Source of the DNA: the human T2T-CHM13v2.0 reference genome, Homo sapiens
Length of the DNA stretch: 64,000 nucleotides
Assembly: GCF_009914755.1 (NCBI RefSeq)
Contig: NC_060925.1
Reading direction: 5' to 3' (one strand)
Positions 14,093 through 28,779 of the stretch are shown piece by piece. The translations under genes and the position numbers were made by a program. Below the pieces are notes generated by a model. It searched no databases. It was not told the DNA's origin and saw only the letters and a program-made list of their open reading frames with translations. The number at the start of each line of letters is the position of its first letter. Position 1 is the stretch's first letter.

Positions 14093-14391
14093 CAGTCGTC
14101 CCTAGGTATCCACGGGCATTGGTTCCAGGATCCCACTCTCCACCCCAACACCTGCTGTCAATACCAAAATCTGTGCATACTCTAGTCCCGAAGTTGCCTT
14201 GGTAGAACCTGGTATATGAAAAGTCAGCCTTTGGTATTAGCAAATTGCACATCTTATGAATACTGTAGTTTCAGTCTGTTTGGTTGTAGACACAAACCCA
14301 CAGATACAGAGGGCCAACTGTATTTATTGCAAAAAATCTTTGTATAAGTGGACCTACACAGTTCAAACCTGTGTTGTTCAAGGGTCAGCTG
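14093..14391. mobile_element. MER2 (Tigger-family DNA transposon)
   Basis: TIRs cagtcgtccct...agggtcagctg, preceded by TA. Confidence 0.8.
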
Positions 14392-14476
14392 ATTTGTTCT
14401 TTATCTCAGAACACTTAAAAAACTTTTTCTCTCCTTGTCTTTGATGTTTTAAAATTTCATTACAATGCATTTGGAT

Positions 14477-14783
14477 GGTCAGGAGTGGTGGCTTACACCT
14501 GTAATACCAGCACTTTGGGAGGCCAAGGTGGGCAGATCTCTTGGGCTCAGGAGTTGGAGGCCAGCCTGAGCAGCATGCCGAAACCCCACCCCCATCAAAA
14601 AAATACAAAAATTACCCAGGCCTGGTGGTCAGGAGGGTCAGAAGGGGGAAGTGGGAGAATCATCTGAGCCAGGGAAGTCAATGCTGAAGTGAGCGATGAT
14701 AGTGCCACTGCACTCCAGCCTAGGTGATGGGAGTGAGACCTTGTCTCAAAAAAAAGAAAACAAAACAAAACAACAACAACAAA
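14477..14783 (+). mobile_element. AluJ, followed by TA-rich low-complexity sequence (14786-14910)
   Basis: Diverged dimer with an A-rich tail. Confidence 0.9.
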
Positions 14784-16161
14784 ACTATATATTTATAATG
14801 TATGTATATAATGTATATATGTATATGTATAATGTATATATAATGTATTTATAATATATATGTAATGTGTATATATAATATGTGTATATATATAATGTAT
14901 ATAATACATTTAGGTAAGCTTTTCTCAAATATTTTTTCTGAGCCCTTCCAATATGAGGTGCTTCATCTCTTTCCAATTCTGGAAAATTCTTGGTTATTAT
15001 TCTTATATTTTCTTGACATTTATTTTTTCTACTTTTTAAAGACTTACATAGAAGTTAACCCTTCTTGTTCTATCTTCACAGTCTCTTACCTTTTCATTTC
15101 TAATCTCTGTGCCTTTCTTCCTGCCTGATGTTTTCTGGGAGAGTTCCTTTACTTGACCATTCTTTGGCTGTAGTCATTCGGCTATTTATTCCATCGGTAG
15201 GTTTTATTATTATATATTTCATGTCTAATATTTCTACTTGGTTCTTCTTTATACCTTAATGCCTGCATTTTGTGAATAATATGCAATATAGCTCCAATAT
15301 TTTGGAGAATGTTTATTATATTTATTATGTGTATTTAAATTCTTGATTTGTCTACCTATTAATCCTAATAGATAATGTAGTAGAGGTTCAGTTTGTGGTC
15401 TTTCTTTTTACAGGAGTTATGGATTTCTTTTTTTAAAATTTTATTTTAGGTTCAGGGGTATATGTGCAGGTTTTTTAATATAGGCAAACTATTGTCATGG
15501 GGGTATGGTGTAGAGACCATATTGTGACCCAGGTACTAAGATAGTACCCAATAGTTATTTTTCCTTCTCCCACTCTCCTTCCTCAAGCAGGCTCCAGTAT
15601 CTGTTGTCCCGTTAGTGCCCACTGGTTCTTATTATTTAGCTTCCATTTATAAGTGAGAACGTGAGGTATTTAGTTTTCTTTTCCTGCATTAGTTTGCTAA
15701 GGATATTGGCCTCCAGCAACATCCATATTTCTGTAAAGAACATGATTTTGTTCTTTTTTTAGGGCTGCATAGTATTCCATGATATATATGTACCACATTT
15801 TCTTTATCCAGTCTGCCCTTGATGGGCATTTAGGTTGTTTCCATGTCTTTGCTATTGTGCATAGCACTGCAGTGAACATACATGTGCATGTGTCTTAGAA
15901 TGATTATATTTTTTTGGGCATATACCCAGTAATGGGATTGCTGAGTTGAATGGTAGTTCTGTTTTAAGTTCTTTGAGGAATTGCCACACTGCTTTCCACA
16001 ATGGTTGAACTAATTTACATTCCCACCAGCAGTGTATAAGCATTCTCTCTTCTCCACAACCTCACCAGCATCTGTTATTTTTTTTAATTATAGCCATTCT
16101 GACTGATGTGAGATGGCATCTCATTATGGTTTTGATTTTCATTTCTCTAATGATTGGTGAT

Positions 16162-18443
16162 TGTATTAGTCCATTTTCACACTGCTGATAAAGACATACC
16201 CGAGACTGGGAAGAAAAAGGTTTAATTGGACTTGGAGTTCTACATGGCTGGGGAGGCCTCAGAATCATGGCAGGAAGTGAAAGGCACTTCTTACATGGTG
16301 GTGGCAAGACAAAATGAGGAAGAAGCACAAGCAAAAACCCTTAATAAACCCATCAAATCTTGTGAGACTTATTCACTATCATGAGAATAGCACGGGAAGG
16401 ACCAGCCCCCATGATTCAATTACCTCCCCCAGGGTCCCTCACACAACACATAGAAATTCTGGGAGATACAATTCAAATTGAGATTTGGGTAGAGAAACAG
16501 CCAAACCATATCATTCTGCCCCTGGTGCCTCCAAATCTCATGTCCTCACATTTCAAAACCAATCATGCCTTCTCAATAGTCCCCCAAAATCTTAACATTT
16601 TAGCGTTAACCCACAAGTCCACAGTCCAAAGTCTCATCTGAGAAAAGGCAAGTCCATTCCGCCTATGAGCCTGTAACATCAAAAGCAAACTAATTACTTC
16701 CTGGATACAATGGAGGTACAGGTATTGGGTAAATACAGCTGTTCCAAATCAGAGAAATTGACCAAAGCAAATGGGTTATAGGGCCCATGTAAGTCCAAAA
16801 TCCAGTGAGGCGGTCAAATTTTAAAACTCCAAAATGATCTTCTTTGACTCCAGGTCTCACATCCAGGTCATGCTGATGTAAGAGGTGGGTTCCCATGGTC
16901 TTGGGCAGCTCAGCCCCTGTGGCTTTGCAGGATATAACTTCCTTCCCAGCTGCTTTCATGGGCTGGCATTGAGTGTCTATGGCTTTCGCAGGCACACAGT
17001 GCAAGCTGTCAGTGCATCCACCATTCTGGGGTCTGGAGGACAGTAGCTGTCTTCTCACAGCTCCACTAGGCAGTGCCTTAGTAGGGACTCGGTTTGGGGG
17101 CTCCAACCCCACATTTCCCTCCTACAGTGCCCTAGCAGAGGTTCTCTGTGAGGGCTCTGCCCCTGCAGCAAACTTTTGCCTGGGCATCCAGGCGTTTCGA
17201 TACATCTTCTGAAATCTAGGTAGAAGTTCCCAAACCTCAGTTCTTGACTTCTGTGCACCCGCAGGCTCAACACCACATGGAAGCTGCCAAGGCTTGGGGC
17301 TTCCACCTTCTGAAGCCACAGCCTGAGCTGTATATTGGCCCATTTCAATCATGGCTGGAGCAGCTGGGACACAGGTCACTAAGTCTCTAGGCTGCATGCA
17401 GCATGGGGACCCTGGGCCTGGCCCAGGAAGCCAGTTTTTCCTTCTGGGCCTCCAGGCCTGTGATGGGAGGGGCTGCCTTGAACGTCTCTGCCATGGCCTG
17501 CAGACATTTTTCCCATGGTCTTGGGGATTAACATTAGGCTCCTTGCTACTTATGCAAATTTCTGCAGCTGGCTTGGATTTCTCCCAAGAAAATGGGGTTT
17601 TCTTTTCTATCGCATAGTCAGGCTGCAAATTTTCAAACTTTTATGTGCTGCTTCCCTTATAAAGCTGAATGCCTTTAACAGCACCCAAGTCACCTCTTGA
17701 ATGCTTTGCTGCTTAGAAATTTCTTCCATCAGATACCCTAAATCATCTCTCTCAAGTTCAAAGTTCCAGAAATCTCTAGGGCAGGGGCACAATGCCTCCA
17801 GTCTTTTTGCTAATACATAACAAGAGTCACCTTTACTCCAGTTCCCAAAAAATTCTTCATCTCTATCTGAGATCACCTCAGCCTGGACCTTATTGTCCAT
17901 ATCACTATCAGCATTTTGGGCAAAGCCATTCAAAAAGTCTATAGGAAGTTCCAAATTTCCCCACATTTTCTTATCTTCTTCTGAGCCCTCCAAACTGTTC
18001 CAATCTCTGCCTGTTACCCAGTTCCAAAGTTGTTTCCACATTTTTAGGTATATTTTCAGCAATGCCCCACTCTACTGGTACCAATTTATTGTATTAGTGC
18101 TTTTTCACACTGCTGATAAAGACATACCCAAGACTGAGAAGAAAAAGAGGTTTAATTGGATTTACAGTTCCACATGGCTGGAGAGGCCTCAGAATCATGG
18201 TGGGAGGTGAAAGGCACTTCTTACATGGCAATGGCAAGAGAAAATGAGGAAGAAGCAAAAGTGGAAACCCCTGATAAACCCATCAGATCTTGTGAGACTT
18301 ATTCAATATCACAAGAATAGCACAGGAACGACCAGCCCCCATGATTCAATTACCTCCACCTGGGTCTCTTCCAGAACACATGGGAATTCTGGGAGATACA
18401 ATTCAAGTTGACATTTGGGTAGGGGCACTGTCAAACCATATTA
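16162..18443 (-). mobile_element. THE1 provirus (THE1C-like): LTR 16162-16513, internal region, LTR 18090-18443
   Basis: Two tgtattagt...ccata(tc/tt)a LTRs; 5-bp TSD gtgat/ttgat inside the host L1. Confidence 0.92.
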
Positions 18444-20105
18444 TTGATATTGAACATTTTTTCATATGCTTGTTGGCCATGTGTATGTCTTCTTTTGAAA
18501 AGTGCCTGTTCATGTCCTTTGTCCACTTTTTAATGAAGTTATATTTTTTTTCTTGTAAATTTAAGTTCCTCATAGATGATAGATATTAGACCTTTGTCAG
18601 ATGTATAGTTTGCAAATACTTTTTCCCATTCTGTAGGTTGTCTGTTTACTCTGTTGATAGTTTCTTTTGCTGTGCTGAAGCTCTTTAGTTTAGTTAGATC
18701 CCATTTGTCAATTTTTGCTTTTGTTGCGATTGCTTTTGGTGTCTTCATCATGAAATCTTTGCCCTTTCCTATATCCAGAATGGTATTTCTTAGGCTATCT
18801 TCCAGGATTTTTATAGTTTTATGTTTTACATTTAAAATCTTTAATTCATCTCAAGTTGATTTTTGTATACGGTGCAAAGAAGGGATCCAGTTTCAATCTT
18901 CTGCACATGGCTAGCCAGTTATCCCAGCACCATCTATTGAATAGGGAGTCCTTTCCTCATTGCTTGTTTTTGTCAACTTTTTCAAAGATCAGGATAGTTG
19001 TAGGTGTGTATCCTTATTTCTGGGCTCTCTATTCTGTTCCCTTGGTCTGTATGTCTGTTTTTGTACCAGTGTCTTGCTGTTTGGTTACAAGAGCCCAGTA
19101 GCATAGTTTGAAGTTGGGTAATGTGATGCCTCTAGCTTTGTACTTTTTGCTTAGGATTGTCTTGGCTATGTAGGCTCTTTTTTGGTTCCATATGAATTTT
19201 AAAATAGTTTTTCTCTAGTTCTGTCATTGGTAGTTTGACATTGGAAGAATGTCATTGGTAGTTTGACTGAACAGCATTGAATCTATAAATTGCTTTGGGC
19301 AGTATAGCCATTTTAACAAGACTGATTCTTCCTATCCATGAGAATGAATGTTTTTCTATTTGTTTGTGTCATCTCATTTCTTTGAGCAGTCTAATTGTAG
19401 AGATCTTTCACCTCCCTGGTTAGCTATATTCCTGGGTATTTTGTTCTTTTTGTGGCAGTTGAGAATGGCATTTCATTACTGATTCCACTATTGGTTTGGA
19501 TGCTGTTGGGGTACAGAAATGCTAGTGATTTTTGTACATTTATTCTGTATCCTAAGACTTTGCCAAAGTTGTTTATCAGCTCAAGGAGCTTTTAGGCTGA
19601 GACTTTTGGGTTTTTTATATATAGAATCATGTCATCTACAAACAGGGATAGTTTGACTTTCCCTCTTCCTATTTGGAAGCCCTTGATTTCTTTCTCTTGC
19701 CTCATTGCTCTGGCCAGGATTTCCAATACAATGTTGAATAGGAGTGGCGAGGGAGGGTATCTTTGTCTTGTGTCAGTTTTCAAGGGCTATGGTTCCAGAT
19801 TTTGCCCATTCAGTATGATGTTGGCTGTAGGTTTGTCATAGGTGGCTCTTATCATTTTAGCAGGAATGATACCAGCTCTTCTTTGTACAAGTGCAATACT
19901 TTGTATTTTAAAGTATGTTTCTTCTATACCTAGTTTATTGAGAGTTTTTAACGTGAAACAATGGTGGATTTTGTCAAATGCCTTTGCTGCATCTGTTGAG
20001 ATAATCATGTGGTTTTTGTGTTTAGTTCTGTTTATATGATGAATCATATTTATGGATTTGCATATATCGAACCAACCTTGCGTCCCAGGGATAAAGCCTA
20101 CTTGA

Positions 20106-20522
<417 letters not shown>

Positions 20523-23500
20523 TGATGTTTTCTTTTATTATTGTGTCTCTGCCAGGTTTTGGTATTGGGAAGATGCTGCCTTCCTAGAATGAGTTCAGGA
20601 GGAATCCCTCTTTCTCAATTTTTTGGAAAAGTTTCAGTAAGGATAGTACCAGCTCTTCTTTGTACATCTGGGAGAATTTGACTGTGAATCCTTCTGGTCC
20701 TAGGCTTTTTTGGGCAGCTGGGGGTTGGAAAGCTATGTATTAATGATTTAATTTCAGTTTCAGAGCTTGTTATTGGCCTGTTCAGGGAATCCATTTCTTC
20801 CTGGTTCAGTCTTGAGCATGTATGTCTGTCCTGGAATTCATCCATCTCTTCTAGGTTTTCTAGTTTGTGTGCCTAGAGGTGTTTGCAGTAATCTCCATGG
20901 TTGTTTGTATTTCTGTGGAGTCAGTGGTAACATCCCCTTGGTAATTTCTAATTGTGTTTATTTGGGTCTTCTCTCTTTTTCTTTATTAGACTGACTAGTG
21001 GTCTATCTATATTAGTAATTTTTTCAAAAATCCAACGCCTGGATTTGTTGGTCTTTTGTATGGTTTTTCGTGTCTCAGTCTCTTTCAGTTCAGCTCTGAT
21101 TTTGGTTGTTTCTTGTCTTCTGCTAACTTTGGGGTTAGTTTGCTCTTGCTTCTCTATTTCTTCTAGTTGTGATTTTAGGTGGTTAATTTGAGATCTTTGT
21201 AACTTTTTGGTGTGGGCATTTAATGCTGTAAATTTCCCTCTTAACACTGCCTTAGGTATGTTGCAGAGATTCTGGTATGTTGTATCTTTGTTCCCATCAG
21301 TTTCAGAGAACTTCTTGATTTCTGCCTTAATTTCATTATTTTCCCAAAAGTCATTCAAGGGCAGGTTATTTAATTTCCATGTAAATGTATGGGATTGAGC
21401 AATTTTCTTCATATTCTATTTTTATTGTTCTGTAGCCTGAGATCTGAGAGTGTGGATGGTATAATTTTGGTTTTTAAAAATTTCCTGAGGATTGTTTTAC
21501 GTCCAATTGTGTGGTCGATTTTAGAGTATGTACCATGTGGCAATGAGAAGAATATATATTCTGTTGTTTTTTTGATGGAGCATTCTGTAGATGTCTGTTA
21601 AGTCCATTTGGTCAATTGCTGAGTTCAGGTCCTGAGTATCTTTGTTAATTTTCTGCCTTGATGATCTGTCTAACACTGTCAGTGAAGTGTTGAGGTCTCC
21701 CACTATTATTGTGTGGGAGTCTAAGTCTCTTCATAGGTCTCTAAGAACTTGCTTTATGAATCTGGGAGCTCCTGTGTCAGATGCATGTATATTTAGTATA
21801 ATTAGATCTTCTTGTTGAACTGAACCCTTTTCCATTATGTAATGTTCTTGTCTTTTTTTATCTTTGTTGATTTAAAGTCTGTTTTGTCTAAAATTAAGAT
21901 TGTAACCCCTGCTTTTTTTGATTTCCATTTGCTTGATAGATTTTCCTTCATCACTTTACTTTGAACCTCTTGGTGTGAGATGGATCTCATGCCATGTGAG
22001 ATGGATCTCCTGAAGATAGCATACCATTAGGTCTTGCTCTTTTATCCAGCTTGTTACTCTGTGTGTTTTAATTGGGACATTTAGCCCATTTACATTCAAG
22101 TATTGCTGATTTACATTTAGTATTGATATGTGGGGATTTGATCCTGTCATCACGTTGTTAGGTGGTTGTTATGCAGACTTGTTTGTGTGGTTGCTTTGTA
22201 GTGTCTGGTTTGGGTATTTCAGTGGTAATCATCTTTCCTTTCTATATTTTGTGTGATTTTTAGGAGCTCTTGTAAGGCAGATCTGGTGGTAATGAATTCT
22301 CTCAACATTTGCTTGTCTGGGAAGGATCTTTTTTCTTCTTCACTTATGAGGCTAAATGTGGCTAGATATGAAATTTTTGGTTGAAGATTTTTTTTTTTTA
22401 AAGAATGGTAAATATGGGCCCCTAATCTCTTCTGGATTGTAGGGTTTCTGCTGAGAGGTCTGCTGTTAGCTTGATGGGGTTTTCCATTTGTAGGCAACCT
22501 GCCCTTTCTTTCTAGCCGCCTTTAACATTTTGCCTTTCATTTTGACCTTGGAAAATCTAATGATTATGTGTTTTGGGGATGATCTTTTGTGTAGTATCTT
22601 GTAGGGGTTCTCTGCATTTCCTGTATTTGAACTTTGGACTCTCTAGTGAGGTTGGGTAAGTGTTAATATATGATATCCTGAAATATGTTTTCTAAGTTGC
22701 TGCTTTCTCTCCTCCTCTTTCAGGGATGACAATGATTCATAGATTTGGCCTCTTTGCAAAATTCGATATTTTTCAGAGGTTTTGTTTGTTCCCTTTCATT
22801 CTTTTTTCTTTATTTTTGTCTGTCTTATTTCAGAGAGCCAGTGTTCACCTGTTGAGATTCTTTCCTCTGGTTAGTCTATTCTGCTGTTAATACTTGTGAC
22901 TGCATTGTGAAATTCTTGTAGTGTGTTTTTCAGCTCTATGAAGTCAATTAGGGTTTTTTTTCCTTGCTATTTTATTTGTCAGCTCCTCTATTGTTTCTAT
23001 AGTGTTTTTGGACTGGGTTTTGCCATTCTCCTGAATGTCAATAATTTTTATCTATAGTCCAAATTGTATTTCTGTCATTTCAGCCAGTTCTTCCTGGTTA
23101 AGAATGCCTGTTGGAAAACTAGTGCAGTGATTTGGAGGACATAAGATACTCTGGCCATTTGAGTTGCCGGAGTTCTTGCATTGGTTTTTTCCCCATCTCT
23201 GTGTGTCTGTGTGTGAGTGTTCCTTTAACTGCTGGGCTGCCACTGATTGAAGTGGTCAGGTGGAGGCAGGGGGATTGTTTTGGAACCCCAGGTTGGGTGC
23301 CCCTGTCCAGTGAGTAAAAGTGAGGACTGGGACCTGCATGGAGAAAAGTCTGGCCACCTTTCTTTCAGATGAGTGCTCTGTGCTAGGGGTCCAAACCACG
23401 CCATGGTTCCTGTGGACTCTCCAGGGCCTGGAGACAGCAAAGATGGCATCCCACTCTTCTCACTGGGAGCTTTGTCTCAGTGAGTTGCATAGCTGCCACT

Positions 23501-26238
23501 GGCTTGATAGACCCAGCAGGGGTGGTTAGAGACCCAGTCTGGGAGGACCTGTCTAGTGAGGAGGTACAGGATTGGGGACCCACATAATAAAGAGTTTGGC
23601 CACTTTTTCCTAGGGCTGCTGCAGTCTCTTGGGGGTTCACTCCAGTCCATAACCACCTCAGATTTTTCAGCAGCTGAAGGTATCAACAGTGAAGGCTGCA
23701 AAACAGCAAAGATGGCAGCCCAGCCCTCCCTCTGGGAGTTTTGTCCCACAGACTTTTGAAGCTGCTGTCAGCTGGAAAACACCAGCGGGGTGGATAGATA
23801 TCTCGGTTGGGAGGTTCTGCTTAGTGAGGAGGAACAAGATTGGGGACCCATGTGAATAAACAGTCTGGCTGCTTTTTATGAGCAGTTGTACTGTGATGGG
23901 GCTCCATTCCAGTCTCTAGTCTCTTTGGACTCTCTAAATCCCAAAGGCAGCAATGGCTAAGGCTGAGAAACAGCAAGGGTGGGAGTGCATCCATTCCTCT
24001 GGGAGCTCCATCTCAGGGCGGTTTGAAACTATTGCTGGCTGGAAAACACCAGTGGAGGTTGTTAGAGACCTCCATCAGGAGATTCTGCCCAGTGAAGAGA
24101 AGTGGTATCCAGGACCCTCATGTAAAAGCGATCTGGCTGCTTCTCCACAGAGCTGCTGCACCATGCTGGGGGACCTGCTCCAGTCACTAGTCACTAGTCA
24201 GTCCTAGAGCCTGAAGGTAACAACAGCTTAGGCTGTGAAACAGCAAAGATGGTGGTCTGTCTGCTTGTGAGTTCCATCCCAGGGAGGCTGGGAACCACTG
24301 CCAGCTGGAAAATACAGGTGAGGGTAGCTGGTGACTCCAGTTAGGAGGTCCTACTCAATTAGGAAAAGTGGGGTTAGGTATCCATGTAAAAAGTAGCCGT
24401 CTGGCCACTTTTTCGTAGGGTAGCTGCATTGAAGGCAACAATGGCTAAGCCTGCAAAACAGCAAAGATCGTGGCCCACCCCTCCGTCTGGGAGATCCATG
24501 TCAGGGAAATATAACACTGCTACTGGTGGCGGGCTGGAGTTCTAAGCTAGTGTGTCTTATCCTGTGAGGTGCCATGGAAGCAGGACCTGCAGACCTTTGC
24601 TGCTCAGCCCCATAGATTCAGTCCCTTTCCTTAGGGGTATGTAGAGGGGTCCAGCCTCCCACTTTGCTGGAGTTGCAGCTGCATTCACCAGGAAGCTTGG
24701 GTATCTGAAGTTCCTGTGGCTCTGTGTATGCCTCAGCAGCTGCTTTGCCAAGACTCCATGTAGCTCAGTGTGTCAGACTGCAAGCTCTGTTGGAGTGAGT
24801 TCATGAAGGGATCTCCTGACCCAAGTGTTGCAAAGATCTGTGAGAGAAGCATGGGTTCTCAGGGTCACGCATTCACTCGCCACTTTCCTGGGCAGGGGAG
24901 GCTCCATTGGCTCCATGTCACTCCTGGGTGGGTGGTCATCTTGCGTTGCTTTTCTTCATTCTCCATGGGTTGAGTTGTTTTCTTGATGAATCTCAATGTG
25001 TGTACCTGGATGTTTCAGTTGAAGGTGCTTTATTTACTCACCCTCTCTATTTTTTCATGAGAGCAGTGCCTCTTTATTGATTTTCAGTCTGGAAGATCTG
25101 TCCAATGAGAAAGTGGGATGTTGAAGTCTAGCTATTATTGTATTGGGGCCTCTCTTTCTCTTTAGCTCTAATAATATTTTCTTTATATATATATGGGTGC
25201 TCCAGTGTTGGGTGCATATATTTATATATACAATTGTTATATCCTTTTGCTGAATTGACGCCTTTATCATTATAATGACATTTTTTGTGTCTTACAGCTT
25301 TTGACTTGAAGTCATTTTGTCTGATATAAGTATAGCTACTTCTGCTCTTTTTTGGTTTCCGTTGGCATGGAATGTCTTTTTCCATCCCTTTATTTTCAGT
25401 CTATGTGTGTCTTTATAGGCGAAGTGTGTTTCTTGTGGGCAACAGGTTAATGGGTCTTGTGTTTTCATCCATTTAGCCACTCTATGTCTTTTGATTGGAG
25501 AGTTTAGTCTATTTACATTCAATGTTATTATTGATAAGTAAGGAGTTACTCCTGCTGTTTTGTTATTTGTTTTCTGGTTGTTTTGTGATTTTCTCATCCT
25601 TCTTTCTTTACTTCCTATCTTTAGTGAAGGTTATCTCTTCTAGTAATATGATTTAGTTTCTTGGTTTTAATTTTTTTATGTATCCATTCTGTTTTTATGT
25701 TTGAGGTTACCATGAGGCTTGAAAATATTATTTTATAACCCACTATTTTAACCTGATAAGAACTTAACAGTTTGCATAAACAAATATGCAAAAAGAAAAC
25801 TAATACAACTCTATAACTTCATGCCTCCACTTTTTAACTTTTTTTGTGTCTCTTTATGTCTTATTGTATTGTCTATGACTTGTAAAGTTGTTGTAGTTAT
25901 TTTTGATTGGTTGATGATTTAGTTTTTCTAAAGATAAGAATAGTTTACACACCACAATTACAGTGTCGTACCATTCTGTGTTTTTCTGTGCGCTTACTAC
26001 TACCAGTTAGTTTTGTACCTTCAGATGATTTGATTGCTTATTAATGTCCTTTTCTTTCTGACTGGAGTACTCCTTTTATCCTTTTGTGTAGAACAGGTCT
26101 GGTATTGATGATCCTTTAGCTTTTTGTTTGTCTGGGAAAGTATTTCTCCTTCACGTTTGAAGGATATTTTTGCTATATATATTATTCTAGGGTAAAAGTT
26201 ATTTTCTTTCAGCACTTTAAACATGTCATGCCACTCTC

Positions 26239-26392
26239 CGGGCACCTGTAGTCGCAGCTACTCAGGAGGCTGAGGCAGGAGAATGGTGTGAACCCGGGAG
26301 GGAGAGCTTGCAGTGAGCCGAGATCACGCCACTGCACTCCAGCCTGGGCAACAGAGCGAGACTCCATCTCAAAAAAACAAATAAACAAAAAA
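26239..26392 (+). mobile_element. 5'-truncated AluY (right arm only)
   Basis: gaatggtgtgaacccgggag...gagcttgcagtgagccgagatc; TSD atgt(c/t)atgccactctc. Confidence 0.9.
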
Positions 26393-27915
26393 TGTTATGC
26401 CACTCTCTACTGGCCTGTAAGATTTTCACTGAAAAGTCTGCTGCCAGACATATTGGAGCTTCATTGTACAGTATTTGCTTCTTTTCTCTTGCTGCTTTTA
26501 GGATCTTTATCCTTGATCTTTGTGATTTTGATCATTAAATGCCTTGAGGTAATTTTCTTTGGGTTAAATCTGCTTGGTGTTCTAGAACCTTCTTGTACAT
26601 GGATATTGATATCTTTCTCTATGTTTGAGAAGTTCTCTGATATTATTGCTTTGAATAAACTTTCTATTCCTATCTCTATCTCCTCTTTTAAGGCCAATAA
26701 CTCAGATTTGCCCATTTGAGGCTATTTTTCTAGATTCTATAGGCATGCTCCATTGTTTTTTATTCTTTTTTTTTTTTTCGTTTTGTTTCTTCTTTGTGTT
26801 TTCAAATAGCCTGTCTTCAAGCTCACTAATTCTTCGGCTTGACCAATTCTGCTATTAAAAGACTCTGATCCATTCTTCAGTATGCCAGTTGCATTTTTTA
26901 GCTCCAGAATTTCTTCTTGATTCATTTTAATTATTTTAATCTCTTTGTTAAATTCGTCTGATAGAATTCTGAATTCCTTCCCTGTGTTATCTTGAATTTC
27001 TTTGAGTTTCCTGAAAATTATTTTGAATTCTGTGTCTGAAAGGTCACATATCTGTTTCTTCTGGATTGGTCTTTGGTGCCTTATTTAGTTCATTTGGTGA
27101 GGTTGTGTTTTTCTGAATGGTGTTGATGCCAGCAGATGTTCTTTGGTGTCTCAGCATTGAAAAGTTAGGTTTTCATTATAGTCTTCACTGTCTAGGCTGG
27201 TTTGTACCTGTTCTTCTTGGGAAGGCTTTCCAGTTATTTGAAAGAACTTGAGTGTTGTGATCTAAGCTGTATCTGTTTTAGAGGGCACCCAAAACCCAGT
27301 AAGCCTGTGGTTCTTGCACACTCATAGAGGTACTGCCTTAATGGTCTTGGACAAGATCCAGGAGAATTCTCTGGATTACCAGGAAGAGACTCTTCTTCTC
27401 TTCCTTTACTTTTCCCCAAACTAACAAAGTCTCTTTTCTGTTTTGAGCCACCTAAAGCGGTGAAACCACAAGATACAGTCTTTCCCACTCTTCCCTCCCC
27501 TTTCCAAAGGCCACCACCACTACAGGCCATGGGGAATACTGGGATACTGCCAGACTACTGCCAGTTTTCTCTTAAGGCCCAAGGTCTCTTAAGTCCACTT
27601 GTGGTGAATGCTGCCTGATCTTTCAGGTCAGCTCTGGTCCACAGCAGGTCAAGAAATGCCATCCAAGAGTCAAGTCTTGGAATCAGGGGCCTAAAGAGCC
27701 CATTTAGTGCTCTACCCCCTTCCCCCACTGTGGCCATGCCGGTGCCTAAGTTTCCTTTACTTTTCCCTATGCTTTTTTCAAGCAGAAGGAGTTTTGCCTT
27801 GTACCCACCACAGCTTGTAATATACTCAGTCTCACCTGAAGTCTCATAGGCTTACCTAAGGCTCTTGACATAGTTCTTGGGTATCACTACTGGTTATTCA
27901 GGGCCTAGGGGTTCT

Positions 27916-27995
27916 TCAGTTAGCATGTGATGAATGCTGCCAGGACCGAGTCCTACCCTTCAAGGCAACAGATTCTCTTCTGGCCAAGGGTGTGT
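27916..27995 (-). CDS. NBPF5P: L1-derived last coding exon: (D)TPLARRESVALKGRTRSWQHSSHAN*
   Basis: Acceptor gacatttctAG at 27997-27996; phase 1 fits exon 7; TGA at 27918-27916; lies inside the 5'UTR of the L1 at 25072-29155. Confidence 0.7.
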
Positions 27996-28448
27996 CTAGA
28001 AATGTCATCCAGGAGGTAGGGCCTGGAACAGGAGCCTTGCAACTCTGAGTGGTGCCCTATCCTCCTGTGGCTGAGCTAGTATTCAAGATGCAGGATAAAG
28101 TCCTCCCCACTCTTCCCTCTCCTCTTCTCAGGTGGAAGGAAGGGGTCTCTTTTGGTGCCATAAGATGTGCAGCCTGGGGTTAGGGGTTGGACGATGTCAG
28201 CCCTCCCTTAGCCACCTCAGCTGCTGTCTGAGTAGGTCTTGAGATTTCCCCTAGTCCCGTCTCTGGGCCCAGTTCAGCACTAGGATTCACCTAGCAATTG
28301 AAGTCCTTATGGTCTACACTGTGTTTCCAGTTTACTTAGAGACCCAGTGCAGCGTGGCCTAATGGTGGTAAGGTTTGTGGGAACTCAAGTTTGTACCACT
28401 GGTATTAATAGTTCTCCTCTGGCTAGGGCTGGTTTAAATGCTCTCTCT

Positions 28449-28741
28449 GGCTGGGCATAGTTGCTCACACCTGTAATCCCAGCACTTTGGGAGCCCAAGA
28501 TGGGAGTATTGCTTGAGTCCAGGAGTTTGAGACCAGCCTGGGCAACGTGGTGAAACCCCATCTCTACTAAAATACAAAAATTAGCCTTGTGGTGGCGCAT
28601 GCCTATGGTCCCAGCTACTTGGGAGGCTGAAGTGGAAGGATCACCTGAGCCCAGGGAGATCGAGGCTGCAGTCAGCCATGATCACACCACTGCACTCCAG
28701 CCTGGGCAACAGAGTAAGACCCTGTCTCAAAAACACATATG

Positions 28742-28779
<38 letters not shown>

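Noticed and set aside
16690-18062. Overlapping 140-168 aa ORFs as novel genes
   Set aside because: They are fragments of the THE1 internal region.
23250-24560. Periodic repeats as a CRISPR-like array
   Set aside because: The units are long, degenerate and inside an L1 5'UTR in primate DNA, with no unique spacers or cas genes.
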